A stretch of DNA of 64,000 nt from a virus (lineage: Duplodnaviria > Caudoviricetes), in the IMG/VR virus record IMGVR_UViG_3300037247_001786, positions 396,979 through 460,978 of that record; one strand, written 5' to 3'. Of the stretch, positions 1 to 9,403 are shown piece by piece. The notes below the pieces were generated by a model that worked only from the letters and a program-made list of their open reading frames with translations, made no database searches and was not told the origin of the DNA. Every line of letters starts with the position of its first letter. Positions within the stretch are counted from its first letter, which is position 1. Both the position numbers and the translations under genes were made by a program.

Positions 1-24
1 GATAGAGTCCGCCCCGAAAAGACT

Positions 25-300
25 ATGACACGGGACGAACAACTTCAAGCTATTTTAGTTAATCATACTAAATTGGAATATACTACTTACCAGAATCTTC
101 CAAAAAACAAAGATGGTTGGGTAATCAACCCATTACCTCTTTTAACTGCTTGCGGTAACAATAGGGGCGGCGGAGATTATTACGATAGTCACCCCGATTT
201 TGATAAGGTCGGTATTTGGGCTAATGATCGACTGTCTGTCGAGACAGAGATACCTTATGGGTATTGGCACTTGAAGGTCAATTTTATAGAAATAAGATAA
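25..300 (+). CDS. hypothetical protein
   Basis: 91 aa ORF; stop is 1 nt before the element at 302. Confidence 0.75.
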   Translation: MTRDEQLQAILVNHTKLEYTTYQNLPKNKDGWVINPLPLLTACGNNRGGGDYYDSHPDFDKVGIWANDRLSVETEIPYGYWHLKVNFIEIR

Positions 301-380
301 ATTGCCAGAGTGGTAAAAAATAGAATTTATGTAGTTGTAAGTAATAACTAAAACATTTTTTATTAAACAGGAGAAAGACA

Positions 381-1037
381 ATGGATTCTAACAATCCAAA
401 TAGTGTAGCCATCGTTGGTACACCGGACATGGGGGTAGCCGTTAAAGTCACGGATACTCTGAAAGATAAGACTATCGACCTTATCATAATTATGACAGGA
501 AAAGAGTCTCTTTTCACTGCTTATGACCTAACGCAGCGATTGAGAGTGGAAAATGTCGGTATGAATGTTCCCCATGTAGAGATAAGGGATATGGTTCATC
601 AAGAGTTTAACGATACTTTCTGCGATGAGTACGAAAGAACTTTGACAGAGTTGCTTACTGGCGATAATTCTTTTGTCTATCACCCCGAGAATATCGCTGC
701 AACCGATTATCATTTGGCAGTAAAGCCAGCAGTTGACGATACGGTTGACGACGGAGTCGGTTTTGGTCTGACAGACAGTAATAGGCTCAATATCCCACTG
801 TCCATGTTGAACGATATGGAACTAAAGAAAAGCGATAAGGTTCATATTGAAACAGAGAATGGGGTAATGTCCCTCACAACCGTCCCAGCGACGCCAGATA
901 ATGAGTTACAGGTCAATGCCGATGGTCGGCTACGTCTTAACTCTACCACGCTTACAAGGGCATTTGGTAGCCTTAGTAAGAAGTACAACATTGAGGTATC
1001 TTCGGATAAAACAGCTATCACTGTTCGTCCGATATAA
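381..1037 (+). CDS. protein with C-terminal tandem AbrB/MraZ-like DNA-binding motifs
   Basis: GGAG SD; NRLNIPLSMLNDMELKKSDKVHIETENGVMSLT and NADGRLRL resemble swapped-hairpin repeats. Confidence 0.5.
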   Translation: MDSNNPNSVAIVGTPDMGVAVKVTDTLKDKTIDLIIIMTGKESLFTAYDLTQRLRVENVGMNVPHVEIRDMVHQEFNDTFCDEYERTLTELLTGDNSFVYHPENIAATDYHLAVKPAVDDTVDDGVGFGLTDSNRLNIPLSMLNDMELKKSDKVHIETENGVMSLTTVPATPDNELQVNADGRLRLNSTTLTRAFGSLSKKYNIEVSSDKTAITVRPI

Positions 1038-1063
1038 AGAACTATCAGCACTTCCTCACAATT

Positions 1064-1100
1064 AGAGAGGGGTAACTACGGTTACTCTTCTCTTTTTTTT
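1064..1100 (+). terminator. intrinsic terminator
   Basis: AGAGAGGGGTAAC-TACG-GTTACTCTTCTCT followed by a T run. Confidence 0.9.
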
Positions 1101-1150
1101 GCCAGAGTGTATAAAAATCACTTTTATAGTAGTATGAAAGGAATACTATT

Positions 1151-1750
1151 ATGCGAAAAAAAATAACAATAAATGATTATGAGTTTGAGTTAGTCTATTC
1201 AGTAGACGAACCTAACAAAATCGTTTCCTCTACCTTTAAACTCCGAAATGCTGGACCTCCTACCCAAGAGTTTAGTATGTCTAAAGAAGAATATAGAATA
1301 GGGCAAAAAATTCAAGCAGATATTTTCGATGGAGATTGGGATTGGCTTATCGCAAAAACGACAAAGACTATATCTTTAGATATATGTGGTATAACTATTG
1401 AGTTAGTTGATGTAGAATGGATAGGAGATACTCGTCTCCGCTATACCGATGGTAGTATCAGATATGGTGGAGGTTCTATAACTGATAATCTCAAAGACGT
1501 ATGCGAGGCTTGCGGTGACGTTCGTTGCGACTTGCTTTGTCCTGACGCTTTGGAGAAAGCAAGCGATAGGGATATAGATATTCAATGTAGTAATAATGAA
1601 GAATTAGAGAGTAGTAGAAACCACAACTATGCTTGCGATGGGGTACTATCTATGGTTTTGGGTCATGCTGTCGCTGGACTGGATATCGAATCAGCTGCTT
1701 ATAGAGAGGGGCTTGACGCTGCAATAGAGGGAATTGCCAATAATATCTAA
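1151..1750 (+). CDS. hypothetical protein
   Basis: 199 aa ORF; stop abuts the element at 1752. Confidence 0.8.
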   Translation: MRKKITINDYEFELVYSVDEPNKIVSSTFKLRNAGPPTQEFSMSKEEYRIGQKIQADIFDGDWDWLIAKTTKTISLDICGITIELVDVEWIGDTRLRYTDGSIRYGGGSITDNLKDVCEACGDVRCDLLCPDALEKASDRDIDIQCSNNEELESSRNHNYACDGVLSMVLGHAVAGLDIESAAYREGLDAAIEGIANNI

Positions 1751-1816
1751 TTTGCCAGAGTGATTATTTTTAAAGGTTATACAAGTGTTAATGTTAATTT
1801 TTGCGGAGTAAATACT

Positions 1817-2215
1817 ATGGGTTATTGTATTGAGTTAAGAGAAGAAAACTTTAAAGTCACCGTTGCTAAAAGTTTAGAGGCTTTTCCTATAGTCATGAAA
1901 TCTATTATTAACGAGAGAAACACAAGTACAATGAGTTTCTCTTGGGTAGATGATGAAGATATTGAAAAAGCTAAATCCTTAACTGACCTTATGACCTCTT
2001 TCCGTTGGGAACCTGATATTGACTCGGAAGGAAATATTATTAGTATTGATTTTTGTGGGGAGAAATTAGGGGATGATAAGATATTATTCGATATAATTGC
2101 TCCTTTTGTAGAAGATGACAGTTATATAGAAATGAGTGGGGAAGATGGTTCGATATGGAGATGGATTTTTAAAGATGGAGAATGTACTGAAAAAGATGCA
2201 ACTATTGTCTTTTAA
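1817..2215 (+). CDS. hypothetical phage protein
   Basis: start moved to MGYC.. after GCGGAG SD. Confidence 0.8.
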   Translation: MGYCIELREENFKVTVAKSLEAFPIVMKSIINERNTSTMSFSWVDDEDIEKAKSLTDLMTSFRWEPDIDSEGNIISIDFCGEKLGDDKILFDIIAPFVEDDSYIEMSGEDGSIWRWIFKDGECTEKDATIVF

Positions 2216-2254
2216 TAATTTGCCAGAGTGATTATTTTTAAAGGTTATATGATT

Positions 2255-2569
2255 ATGGAATTAAAAGAATTAAAAAATGAAACTATATGTTCTGATTGTG
2301 GGGCTGTAATAACCTCTGAATCAAGGAGCAATTTTCACACTAATGGTCACTGGAACGAATATCGAGAGTTTAAGTGCGGTAGAAAAATCCATTTTAGTCC
2401 TAACTTTATGAAGATTATCGTTGAGGTAGAATGTCCTAAAAACCCAACACAGAAACGTAAAATCGCGAAACAAAAAAGACTTGTAAAAGCTATCACTGAA
2501 ATGGTAAACAAGTCAAGAGTTACTAAAGAGTATAAAGAAAGACTCTTACGAGATATAAAATGGTGGTAA
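2255..2569 (+). CDS. hypothetical Cys-rich protein, ATG at element+35
   Basis: CSDC..C motifs; ATG is 35 nt after hexamer 2220. Confidence 0.75.
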   Translation: MELKELKNETICSDCGAVITSESRSNFHTNGHWNEYREFKCGRKIHFSPNFMKIIVEVECPKNPTQKRKIAKQKRLVKAITEMVNKSRVTKEYKERLLRDIKWW

Positions 2570-2838
2570 AATTTTTAATAAAATCAAATGTTTTTTATCA
2601 AGGACACGGTTCTAGTTCTTGTGGAACTTGCGAAGTAGAGTCAGAGCATAATAAAGAGTTATTAACTCTTTTTTTTCAGGCTCTTAAATCTGCTAAAATG
2701 ATAGAAGACTGGGTGACTATTTCTCAGATATGGTTATCGCAGGGTAAAGTTAATTTTGTATCTAAAACGAGTTTACAAGAAAATGGAGTTATCGCTTACT
2801 ATCATATTTGCCAGAGTGATAAAAATATAAACTTATAG
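2560..2838 (+). CDS. hypothetical protein
   Basis: reads through element 2808 (..HICQSDKNINL). Confidence 0.6.
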   Translation: MVVKFLIKSNVFYQGHGSSSCGTCEVESEHNKELLTLFFQALKSAKMIEDWVTISQIWLSQGKVNFVSKTSLQENGVIAYYHICQSDKNINL

Positions 2839-2872
2839 AATTGTTAATTGAAACTTATTGGAGTTTAAGACG

Positions 2873-3217
2873 ATGGGAACAAGAAAAAAAAGAAATAAGG
2901 ATATTTGGGATACCTCTAATTCGGATTGTCATGTTCCCTATACTGACGAAGACATAGAATTAATTCTTCATCAATTACCTATTCCTAGTAATTGTGAATT
3001 ACTGGGAAAAGCTTTAAAAAGGTCATCAGGAGCCATCCGACAAGTTTTTGAAAAAGCTTATATGCCTCATTCGGAAGCAAAAAATCTTACTGTTGGTAAA
3101 AATAGAGTTGAGAGTTCATATAATATACAGATACAAAAAATATCTAAAAAGCTGAGGCTTATTAGAGGGTATAACGTTTTTAAATACCAGGGCAAGAAAG
3201 ACTCTTACGAGATATAA
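2873..3217 (+). CDS. hypothetical protein, possible helix-turn-helix
   Basis: YTDEDIELIL..LGKALKRSSGAI pattern; GGAG SD. Confidence 0.65.
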   Translation: MGTRKKRNKDIWDTSNSDCHVPYTDEDIELILHQLPIPSNCELLGKALKRSSGAIRQVFEKAYMPHSEAKNLTVGKNRVESSYNIQIQKISKKLRLIRGYNVFKYQGKKDSYEI

Positions 3218-3272
3218 AATGGTGGTAATGAATTAGGTAATATCAATTTTAATTAGGTAAAGGAATTAGGTA

Positions 3273-3947
3273 ATGTCCAATTCAGCTTATATAGAAACAT
3301 TCAAAAAGACCAGTTTATGCTCTGGAGAAACTCATTTCATAATTGACGTACAAGACAATCATGGTTCGGTTTCTCTCGTCACTCCAGAAAAAGACATATC
3401 AGAAGAAGATATGGAACTTCTTCAATATGTCAGAAAACAAGTTGAGAATAGAGACGAACACGGTTCAGATTGTGATATTATATTTGATATATTTGAATAT
3501 ATTGATAGCGGCGAAATAGGGATTAACATAAACAATACCTATTATGACTGGGACGATATAAAAGAGTTTATGACTGGGGAAGAAGTAGAAATTTCTGAAA
3601 TAGATAGAATCAATCCTTTCTCGTTATTTTTTATTGGTGATACCATTTATACCAACGAGAATTATGACCTTAAAAAGGTGGAAAAAGCCGTAGGTATATC
3701 TAATGATATAATGCAAATCCTCAATAAATTGGCAAAAGATATTCTCGAAGTCGCCACATCGGTTCAACACCTATTAGTGTACGCTGCTAAAAAGATAGAA
3801 GCATTTGGCAACGAGGGGGTAGGAGTTGGAGACACCGCCACAGATGAATTGATAGCCGAATACTTGGAGAACAAGTTAAAAGGAAAATTCTCTAAGAAAG
3901 ATAGGTCGGAGATAGGGCAAGACTTCTATTATATGTATCATAGGTAA
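3273..3947 (+). CDS. hypothetical acidic protein
   Basis: 224 aa ORF; stop abuts element 3949. Confidence 0.8.
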   Translation: MSNSAYIETFKKTSLCSGETHFIIDVQDNHGSVSLVTPEKDISEEDMELLQYVRKQVENRDEHGSDCDIIFDIFEYIDSGEIGININNTYYDWDDIKEFMTGEEVEISEIDRINPFSLFFIGDTIYTNENYDLKKVEKAVGISNDIMQILNKLAKDILEVATSVQHLLVYAAKKIEAFGNEGVGVGDTATDELIAEYLENKLKGKFSKKDRSEIGQDFYYMYHR

Positions 3948-3983
3948 TTTGCCAGAGTGAAGAAAAATAAGGTTTATAGTATT

Positions 3984-4214
3984 ATGAACGCACAATTAGC
4001 GAATTTGTTTAGTTATATTAAGAACCTGACTGTTGTTGTTTTTTGGATAGATTCAACAGTTAAAGGAGATATATATCATCGTTTATCCGAAGTTAGAGGA
4101 GAAGATGATGAACTGAAAGCATTTTTTGACGATAATACAGATAGGTATGTTGACTTGTATAGTGTTGATTTTAATGATATAAGAGTTTATCAGAAAGTAG
4201 ATTGGTTAATATGA
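3984..4214 (+). CDS. hypothetical protein, ATG at element+35
   Basis: ATG is 35 nt after hexamer 3949. Confidence 0.7.
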   Translation: MNAQLANLFSYIKNLTVVVFWIDSTVKGDIYHRLSEVRGEDDELKAFFDDNTDRYVDLYSVDFNDIRVYQKVDWLI

Positions 4215-4702
4215 AAAAAGGTACACTAACAACAGTATTTGGCAATGTAACTAAACCTCAATTTAGCAATATGAGCGAAGTCGCTATTATCCCTCATTGT
4301 TGCAACACTCTCGGAGTTATGGGGGCTGGCGTTGCACTCGCACTCAAAAACAAATGGCCCGAAGTATATGAAACATATAAAAGACATCTTATGGGTCTCG
4401 GAAATGCTTCTTTTGTCGTTACAGAAGAACTTGACGAAAATGTAAGAGTTATGGTTGCCAATATGATAGGTCAAGATGGCACCGTCTCTGCTGACAATCC
4501 TAAACCTGTCAAGTATTGGGCTTTAGCCTCTGCAATGAAAATAGTCTTGGCAGAGTGTCAAGCATTCCCTAATTCGGTTATACATACTCCTAAATTCGGT
4601 TCGGATTTGGCTGGAGGGGACTGGAATTTCATCTTGGAATTGATAAGAGAAATCTGGCTCGAAAATGGTATTGATGTTATTGTCTATGAATTTAGAGGGT
4701 AA
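4211..4702 (+). CDS. Macro domain protein (Poa1p/DarG-like ADP-ribose hydrolase)
   Basis: IIPHCCNTLGVMGAGVALAL..WP and IHTPKFGSDLAGGDW motifs. Confidence 0.9.
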   Translation: MKKGTLTTVFGNVTKPQFSNMSEVAIIPHCCNTLGVMGAGVALALKNKWPEVYETYKRHLMGLGNASFVVTEELDENVRVMVANMIGQDGTVSADNPKPVKYWALASAMKIVLAECQAFPNSVIHTPKFGSDLAGGDWNFILELIREIWLENGIDVIVYEFRG

Positions 4703-4704
4703 TT

Positions 4705-5001
4705 ATGGTACCGTTAATCGAATTATGTACATGGCAAGGTTGTCAAGGCTGGCAAGGCGTTACTTGTTCTTGCGGAGCTACTCATAATATTATGGTTAAT
4801 AACCCCTGTTTTCATTGCGAAAGATGTGGGGGGTTTAATACTCTTTCTTGGTCTCATCACCAATTCTGTCACCGCAAACCAGATTATGGATGGAACAGGT
4901 CTGTTATAGGTTGGGCTATGAGAAATTACTCTTGGTATAGAGACTCTTTTAAAGAGACATCTATAATGTTAGAGAAGCTGAATAAGAGACTTGCATCATA
5001 A
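4705..5001 (+). CDS. hypothetical Zn-ribbon protein
   Basis: CSCG and CERCG motifs; stop abuts element 5003. Confidence 0.7.
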   Translation: MVPLIELCTWQGCQGWQGVTCSCGATHNIMVNNPCFHCERCGGFNTLSWSHHQFCHRKPDYGWNRSVIGWAMRNYSWYRDSFKETSIMLEKLNKRLAS

Positions 5002-5066
5002 TTTGCCAGAGTGACAAAAATTTAATCTTATGTGAGTGTTGATAATACTTATATTGAGGAACAAAA

Positions 5067-5420
5067 ATGAAAGAATTTCATAAAATTACAATAGGTTTTG
5101 TAGTACAAAAGTATACAACACTTGATAATGATACAATGATATGCACCGAACAAACTTTTGTAGCTGGCGATCAAGTTACCTATGAGGATTTAGAGGGTAA
5201 AGTTATTGAAGTTGACCCCAATAAAGAGGTTTGTTGTCCTTTCGGAATGCGAACACCGAGACCTATACCTAACACCGAGTTTGAACGATGGTATGCCTCT
5301 ATGAAAAGAGATAGTGGACTTCATCTACATTTTAGGGATGTTCTTGATATGAATCCCGACTATGAACTGACTTTCAGAGAATGGGCTAAAAAGTATTATA
5401 AAGAGGCAGTTGATATTTAA
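5067..5420 (+). CDS. hypothetical protein
   Basis: GAGG SD after element leader. Confidence 0.8.
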   Translation: MKEFHKITIGFVVQKYTTLDNDTMICTEQTFVAGDQVTYEDLEGKVIEVDPNKEVCCPFGMRTPRPIPNTEFERWYASMKRDSGLHLHFRDVLDMNPDYELTFREWAKKYYKEAVDI

Positions 5421-5438
5421 TTATCGCGGAAAAATATA

Positions 5439-5597
5439 ATGGCTAAAAAGAAGATAAATAAATGTAGACACTTTAATGATGATGGTAAAGAGATTACTAC
5501 TCCCTGCGAACATAAAGACGATGATGGTTGCTGCGGCTTGCCTAGTTCAGAGGGATGGATGGTTAAATGTCCTGGCAATGAAAATTATACGAGATAA
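5439..5597 (+). CDS. small Cys-rich protein (52 aa, not in ORF track)
   Basis: MAKKKINKCRHF..; GCGGA SD. Confidence 0.55.
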   Translation: MAKKKINKCRHFNDDGKEITTPCEHKDDDGCCGLPSSEGWMVKCPGNENYTR

Positions 5598-5599
5598 CT

Positions 5600-5884
5600 A
5601 TGAAAGTAGATATAGAAATTACAAAAGATTGCTATCTCATTCTCTGTTTAGGTATGGGTAATGTAGATATACTTCCTGATTTAAATAAAAAGGGTAAAAT
5701 CTATAAAGATGTTGAGTATGATGAGAGTATTAAAAAAATAACATCTTTAGACCTTAAAAAAGAATTAGAGAAACATGGAGTAGGAATAGCTTTTATGGCT
5801 GATACCAATTATGAATATGAGAGTATAATTTTACAATGCCCTCAAAGTGCATTAGTTCCTGTTGGATGTTTCAAGATAATATAA
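5600..5884 (+). CDS. hypothetical protein
   Basis: stop abuts element 5886. Confidence 0.7.
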   Translation: MKVDIEITKDCYLILCLGMGNVDILPDLNKKGKIYKDVEYDESIKKITSLDLKKELEKHGVGIAFMADTNYEYESIILQCPQSALVPVGCFKII

Positions 5885-5955
5885 TTTGCCAGAGTGTTAA
5901 AAAATAACTCTTATATAGGTAGTTAGTTAATAATTACTTATATAGGAGTTTTCTT

Positions 5956-6720
5956 ATGGGCTGGATGTTCACATTTGATCATACAAGTCGATCACGTTGT
6001 ATCGACGATAGGATTAAGGATTGGGATACAAGACCTTTTCTAAAAGAAGAAGATAAGGTATATCATCTATCTACCTGTTTAAAGCAATGTTATAGGGGCA
6101 ATGCCTATTCTGGTGTACTTTGGAGTGTTCGAGAGACAAAGGAATATGACAGGTATACCGACCAGTTGGTACGTTCTGAATTGTGGATAGCTTGTGACCT
6201 GTTAAGATATGATAATAAGGACAAATGTTGGGGATATAAGGATATGTCGGAGAGTGTTGGTCCGAATAGTTATTCTTGTCCTCTTTCTTATCTTGACATG
6301 GTACCTATCCCCAAAAGCGAATATGCCGCTGGATGGAGAGAAGAAGTAAAAAAGTACCACGCAAGTAGAATACCCTCTTTTAAGGTTAAAAAAGATAGTT
6401 TTGTACTTTTAAAAGAAAACTATGGGATTAGAATTTTTAAAATAACCTCATTAAGACCTTTAAAGGGGATAGTTGGTAGTAAAAGAGAATATAGTATCCC
6501 TAGAAAGTCTCTTCTTCGCGAAATAACAAAAGAGGAAATAGATCAAGCGAAGAAAGAATATCAAGAACACCAAGACGGTGGAGAGTGGGGCGAGTGTGCG
6601 GAACAAGGAAGTAGAAGTAAGAATAAAGAGGATGCAATTCTTTATTATAATGATTTCTTATTTGCCAGAGTGAAGAAAAATATAACTTATACGAGTGTTG
6701 ATAATACTGATAATTCATAA
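5956..6720 (+). CDS. DUF6927-like phage/plasmid protein
   Basis: MGW.F start and WGYKDMSESVGPNSYSCPLSYLD motif; C-terminus reads through element 6662. Confidence 0.6.
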   Translation: MGWMFTFDHTSRSRCIDDRIKDWDTRPFLKEEDKVYHLSTCLKQCYRGNAYSGVLWSVRETKEYDRYTDQLVRSELWIACDLLRYDNKDKCWGYKDMSESVGPNSYSCPLSYLDMVPIPKSEYAAGWREEVKKYHASRIPSFKVKKDSFVLLKENYGIRIFKITSLRPLKGIVGSKREYSIPRKSLLREITKEEIDQAKKEYQEHQDGGEWGECAEQGSRSKNKEDAILYYNDFLFARVKKNITYTSVDNTDNS

Positions 6721-6731
6721 AGGATAAAATT

Positions 6732-7040
6732 ATGGGTGCAAATTTTGATTATCAAGTACTAAAAGACCAGAAACTCGAATTGACAGATGAAGAAATCGAG
6801 AAACATGCAGAAGAACTGTTTGAGCATTCTGCTTATCTTTATGGGCACGCTGGATATTCTGGTACGTTAGCTGAAAAGACTGGTGAAGGGGTTACTATCC
6901 ATAGAGATAAGACTTTTGAAACGGATGAGGAAGCGAGTAAATATGTTCTTGATACTCTTGATAACGACAAATGGGGTCCAGCGGATGTAGTCCCTATTGA
7001 GGGTAGAGGTTGGTTTATTGGTGGATGGTGTTCATCTTAA
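6732..7040 (+). CDS. hypothetical phage protein
   Basis: YGHAGYSGT..KWGP..GWFIGGWCSS. Confidence 0.8.
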   Translation: MGANFDYQVLKDQKLELTDEEIEKHAEELFEHSAYLYGHAGYSGTLAEKTGEGVTIHRDKTFETDEEASKYVLDTLDNDKWGPADVVPIEGRGWFIGGWCSS

Positions 7041-7059
7041 TTCTTATTGGAGATATATT

Positions 7060-7248
7060 ATGATGGCTATGGCTTTTATAAAATTTATGTTTGTAGTATT
7101 CTTGTTAGTAGGTTTCCTATCACTGATACTCTCTATATTGGAGTATTTTGGAGAACATATTACTCCTTTCCATAAGAAATATACTTTTGGAGCATGTGCG
7201 GTATCATGGCTTATGGTTATTTCTCTTGCATTGGCATCAGGGGCATAA
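7060..7248 (+). CDS. small membrane protein (2 TM)
   Basis: two hydrophobic stretches; stop abuts element 7250. Confidence 0.7.
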   Translation: MMAMAFIKFMFVVFLLVGFLSLILSILEYFGEHITPFHKKYTFGACAVSWLMVISLALASGA

Positions 7249-7314
7249 CTTGCCAGAGTGGTAAAAAAACAGTCTTATAGAAGTGTTAATAATAACACTG
7301 AATAGGAGTATAAA

Positions 7315-7959
7315 ATGGGAAAAGTAAAACCTACAAAAGAAGTAAAATGTCGTTGCGGTAAAAACTCTATTGTCGAGTTAATTCCAGCAGAAGGATATGT
7401 AAGGGTCACTCCTTTCATGTGCGATTGCGGTAGAACATTCCTTATCAGCGATTACGTTAATGCCATGACTACATATGGAGAGGTAGAACATAAACAATAT
7501 GATGAATTTCTTGAAATGCAAAAAAAAGATGCGACAAGGAAAAAAGTAAGAGATACATCGGATGAAGGACGTAGAAAATATCAATTAGTAGACAAGTGGT
7601 TAAATAGCCTATCAATAGATGCTATAAGTAGAATTGAGGCTCAAAGAGTCTTTACCCAAACTATTGATAAAGAGTTTGTTATCGAAACTATTCTTGAACA
7701 TTGTCGATATGAAGATGATTTATTGGAGAGATTATATGGACAATATCTGGCATGTAATGCTATCTCTATGATGACTACGGATAAAAGAGAGTGGTTTATA
7801 CTAAAAATGGTAGGTTGCGTAGAACCAGTATTAGTAGGTCCAATTTCTACAGAAATAGAAATGAAAGAGCGTTTGGAGAAGTATGCAGATGACCCTAAAG
7901 AGAGTCAGAACTCTCATACTTATTTTTCCGCAAAAAAAGATGCAGATATAAGATTTTAG
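7315..7959 (+). CDS. hypothetical protein with N-terminal Zn ribbon
   Basis: CRCG..CDCG; AGGAG SD. Confidence 0.8.
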   Translation: MGKVKPTKEVKCRCGKNSIVELIPAEGYVRVTPFMCDCGRTFLISDYVNAMTTYGEVEHKQYDEFLEMQKKDATRKKVRDTSDEGRRKYQLVDKWLNSLSIDAISRIEAQRVFTQTIDKEFVIETILEHCRYEDDLLERLYGQYLACNAISMMTTDKREWFILKMVGCVEPVLVGPISTEIEMKERLEKYADDPKESQNSHTYFSAKKDADIRF

Positions 7960-8033
7960 TATTTGCCAGAGTGGTAAAAAAATAGTCTTATAGAGTTGTA
8001 AAGTTAATGTTATAAATTCGATTGGAGAAACAA

Positions 8034-8834
8034 ATGGACGGTTTAATGATTGACACAAAAGACAGCGGTATCGTAACAATAGAAAGAGCATTTTCTATTC
8101 CTGTTCCCGAAGAAACAAAGACGTACAAGCCTGTCGGTAATGAGGCTCTTTGGAAAATGCTCCAGAGAACTGCCAATGTAAGAGGGCTGGAGTTAGGTAC
8201 TCCTGAAATGGGACTCGCTCAAAAGGGACAGCGACTTTTTGGTCAAGTCGAGATTGTCAATCAAGACCATCTTGATAACGAAGTTCGTTTGATGCTTGGT
8301 TTCCGTAACAGCTATAACCGATCGATGTCAGTCGGAATCTGTTTCGGAAGTAAAGTTTTTGTATGTTCTAATATGTGTTTTACGGGATATACTTCTGAAG
8401 ATGAGGATGCGGTAGGTCAAGTTCATCATCGTCATCAAGCAAATGTATGGGAAGGGCTGCAAGAACGACTTAATGAGGCTTTGGATAAGTTCGAGGTATT
8501 CAAGAGCTATCAGAACGACTTTTACAGTAAGCTGAAAGAAAACGAGTTAACGGATGCGGAAGCCCATGATTTGATTATCAATTCAGTTCGGCATGAAGCA
8601 ATTACGGCTAAAGATTGTTTCACAGTTGCCGAAGAATGGGCGTTCCAGAATAGAGGCCCGCAAGATGATAGCGAAGAAGATAGATGGCATAAAGAATTCC
8701 TGCCCAGAAACGCTTGGAGCCTCTTCAATGCTTATACCGAGATACATAAGGGATTTCAGATAAAGAACCCCCTTGAAGCGAATTTGAGGTCTATCAAGAT
8801 GAATAAGTTCTTTCATAACCAGTTTATGAGTTAA
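8034..8834 (+). CDS. DUF932 family phage/plasmid protein
   Basis: FRNSYNRSMSVGICFGSKVFVCSNMCF and NAWSLFNAYTE motifs. Confidence 0.85.
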   Translation: MDGLMIDTKDSGIVTIERAFSIPVPEETKTYKPVGNEALWKMLQRTANVRGLELGTPEMGLAQKGQRLFGQVEIVNQDHLDNEVRLMLGFRNSYNRSMSVGICFGSKVFVCSNMCFTGYTSEDEDAVGQVHHRHQANVWEGLQERLNEALDKFEVFKSYQNDFYSKLKENELTDAEAHDLIINSVRHEAITAKDCFTVAEEWAFQNRGPQDDSEEDRWHKEFLPRNAWSLFNAYTEIHKGFQIKNPLEANLRSIKMNKFFHNQFMS

Positions 8835-8840
8835 GACAAA

Positions 8841-8875
8841 GAAGGGGAAGGACATCGAAAGTTCTTCCCCTTTTT
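8841..8875 (+). terminator. intrinsic terminator
   Basis: GAAGGGGAAGGAC/GTTCTTCCCCTTTTT hairpin after 8834. Confidence 0.85.
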
Positions 8876-8908
8876 GCCAGAGTGGTAAAAATTTAATCTT
8901 ATAGTAGT

Positions 8909-9029
8909 ATGATGAGGCAGTCGGCGGAAAGAGAGTTGCCGTCAGAGCAAAGTTGCGGTCGAACCTACTCAAATATCGTAAAGTGCCTTGCAAGGAAACA
9001 TGATATTCTTTGCCTGCCTCGTTTTTTTT
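8909..9029 (+). ncRNA. candidate small RNA, copy A of a 3-member family
   Basis: sole content between elements 8874 and 9041; closing stem GAGGCAG/CTGCCTC then T8. Confidence 0.6.
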
Positions 9030-9075
9030 GTAATAGTATTTTGCCAGAGTGGTAAAAATTTAATCTTATAGTATT

Positions 9076-9138
9076 GTAGGATGTTCGAGAATTAACGCAT
9101 TCGTGGTGAAAGCCCATTTGAATATCCTGCATATTTTT
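9076..9138 (+). ncRNA. candidate stem-closed small RNA
   Basis: GTAGGATGTT at element+35 pairs with AATATCCTGC (9121-9130), then a T run. Confidence 0.45.
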
Positions 9139-9303
9139 GAAGTAATGAGGTAGTGGCGGTAAATGGTCAAGCTAGCCAATGTCCGATTGCATACGATTTA
9201 CGCATTATGCCTCCTCATTTTTTTTGAAGTAATGAAGTAGTGGCGGTAAGCGACGAACTGCTATCCGATTGCATACGACTCTATGCCTACTTCATTATTT
9301 TTT
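9139..9303 (+). ncRNA. two tandem candidate small RNAs, copies B and C
   Basis: shared GTAATGARGTAGTGGCGGTAA..TCCGATTGCATACGA..TATGCCT..TCATT, each followed by a T run. Confidence 0.65.
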
Positions 9304-9403
9304 ACACTGAAAAAAGATATTGTATAACCAGTATGTAATTTATTATCGGACGTTAAAATAGCATAAGCTGTTTTCGTATATATTGTTAAGTTGGAGTAGT
9401 ATT

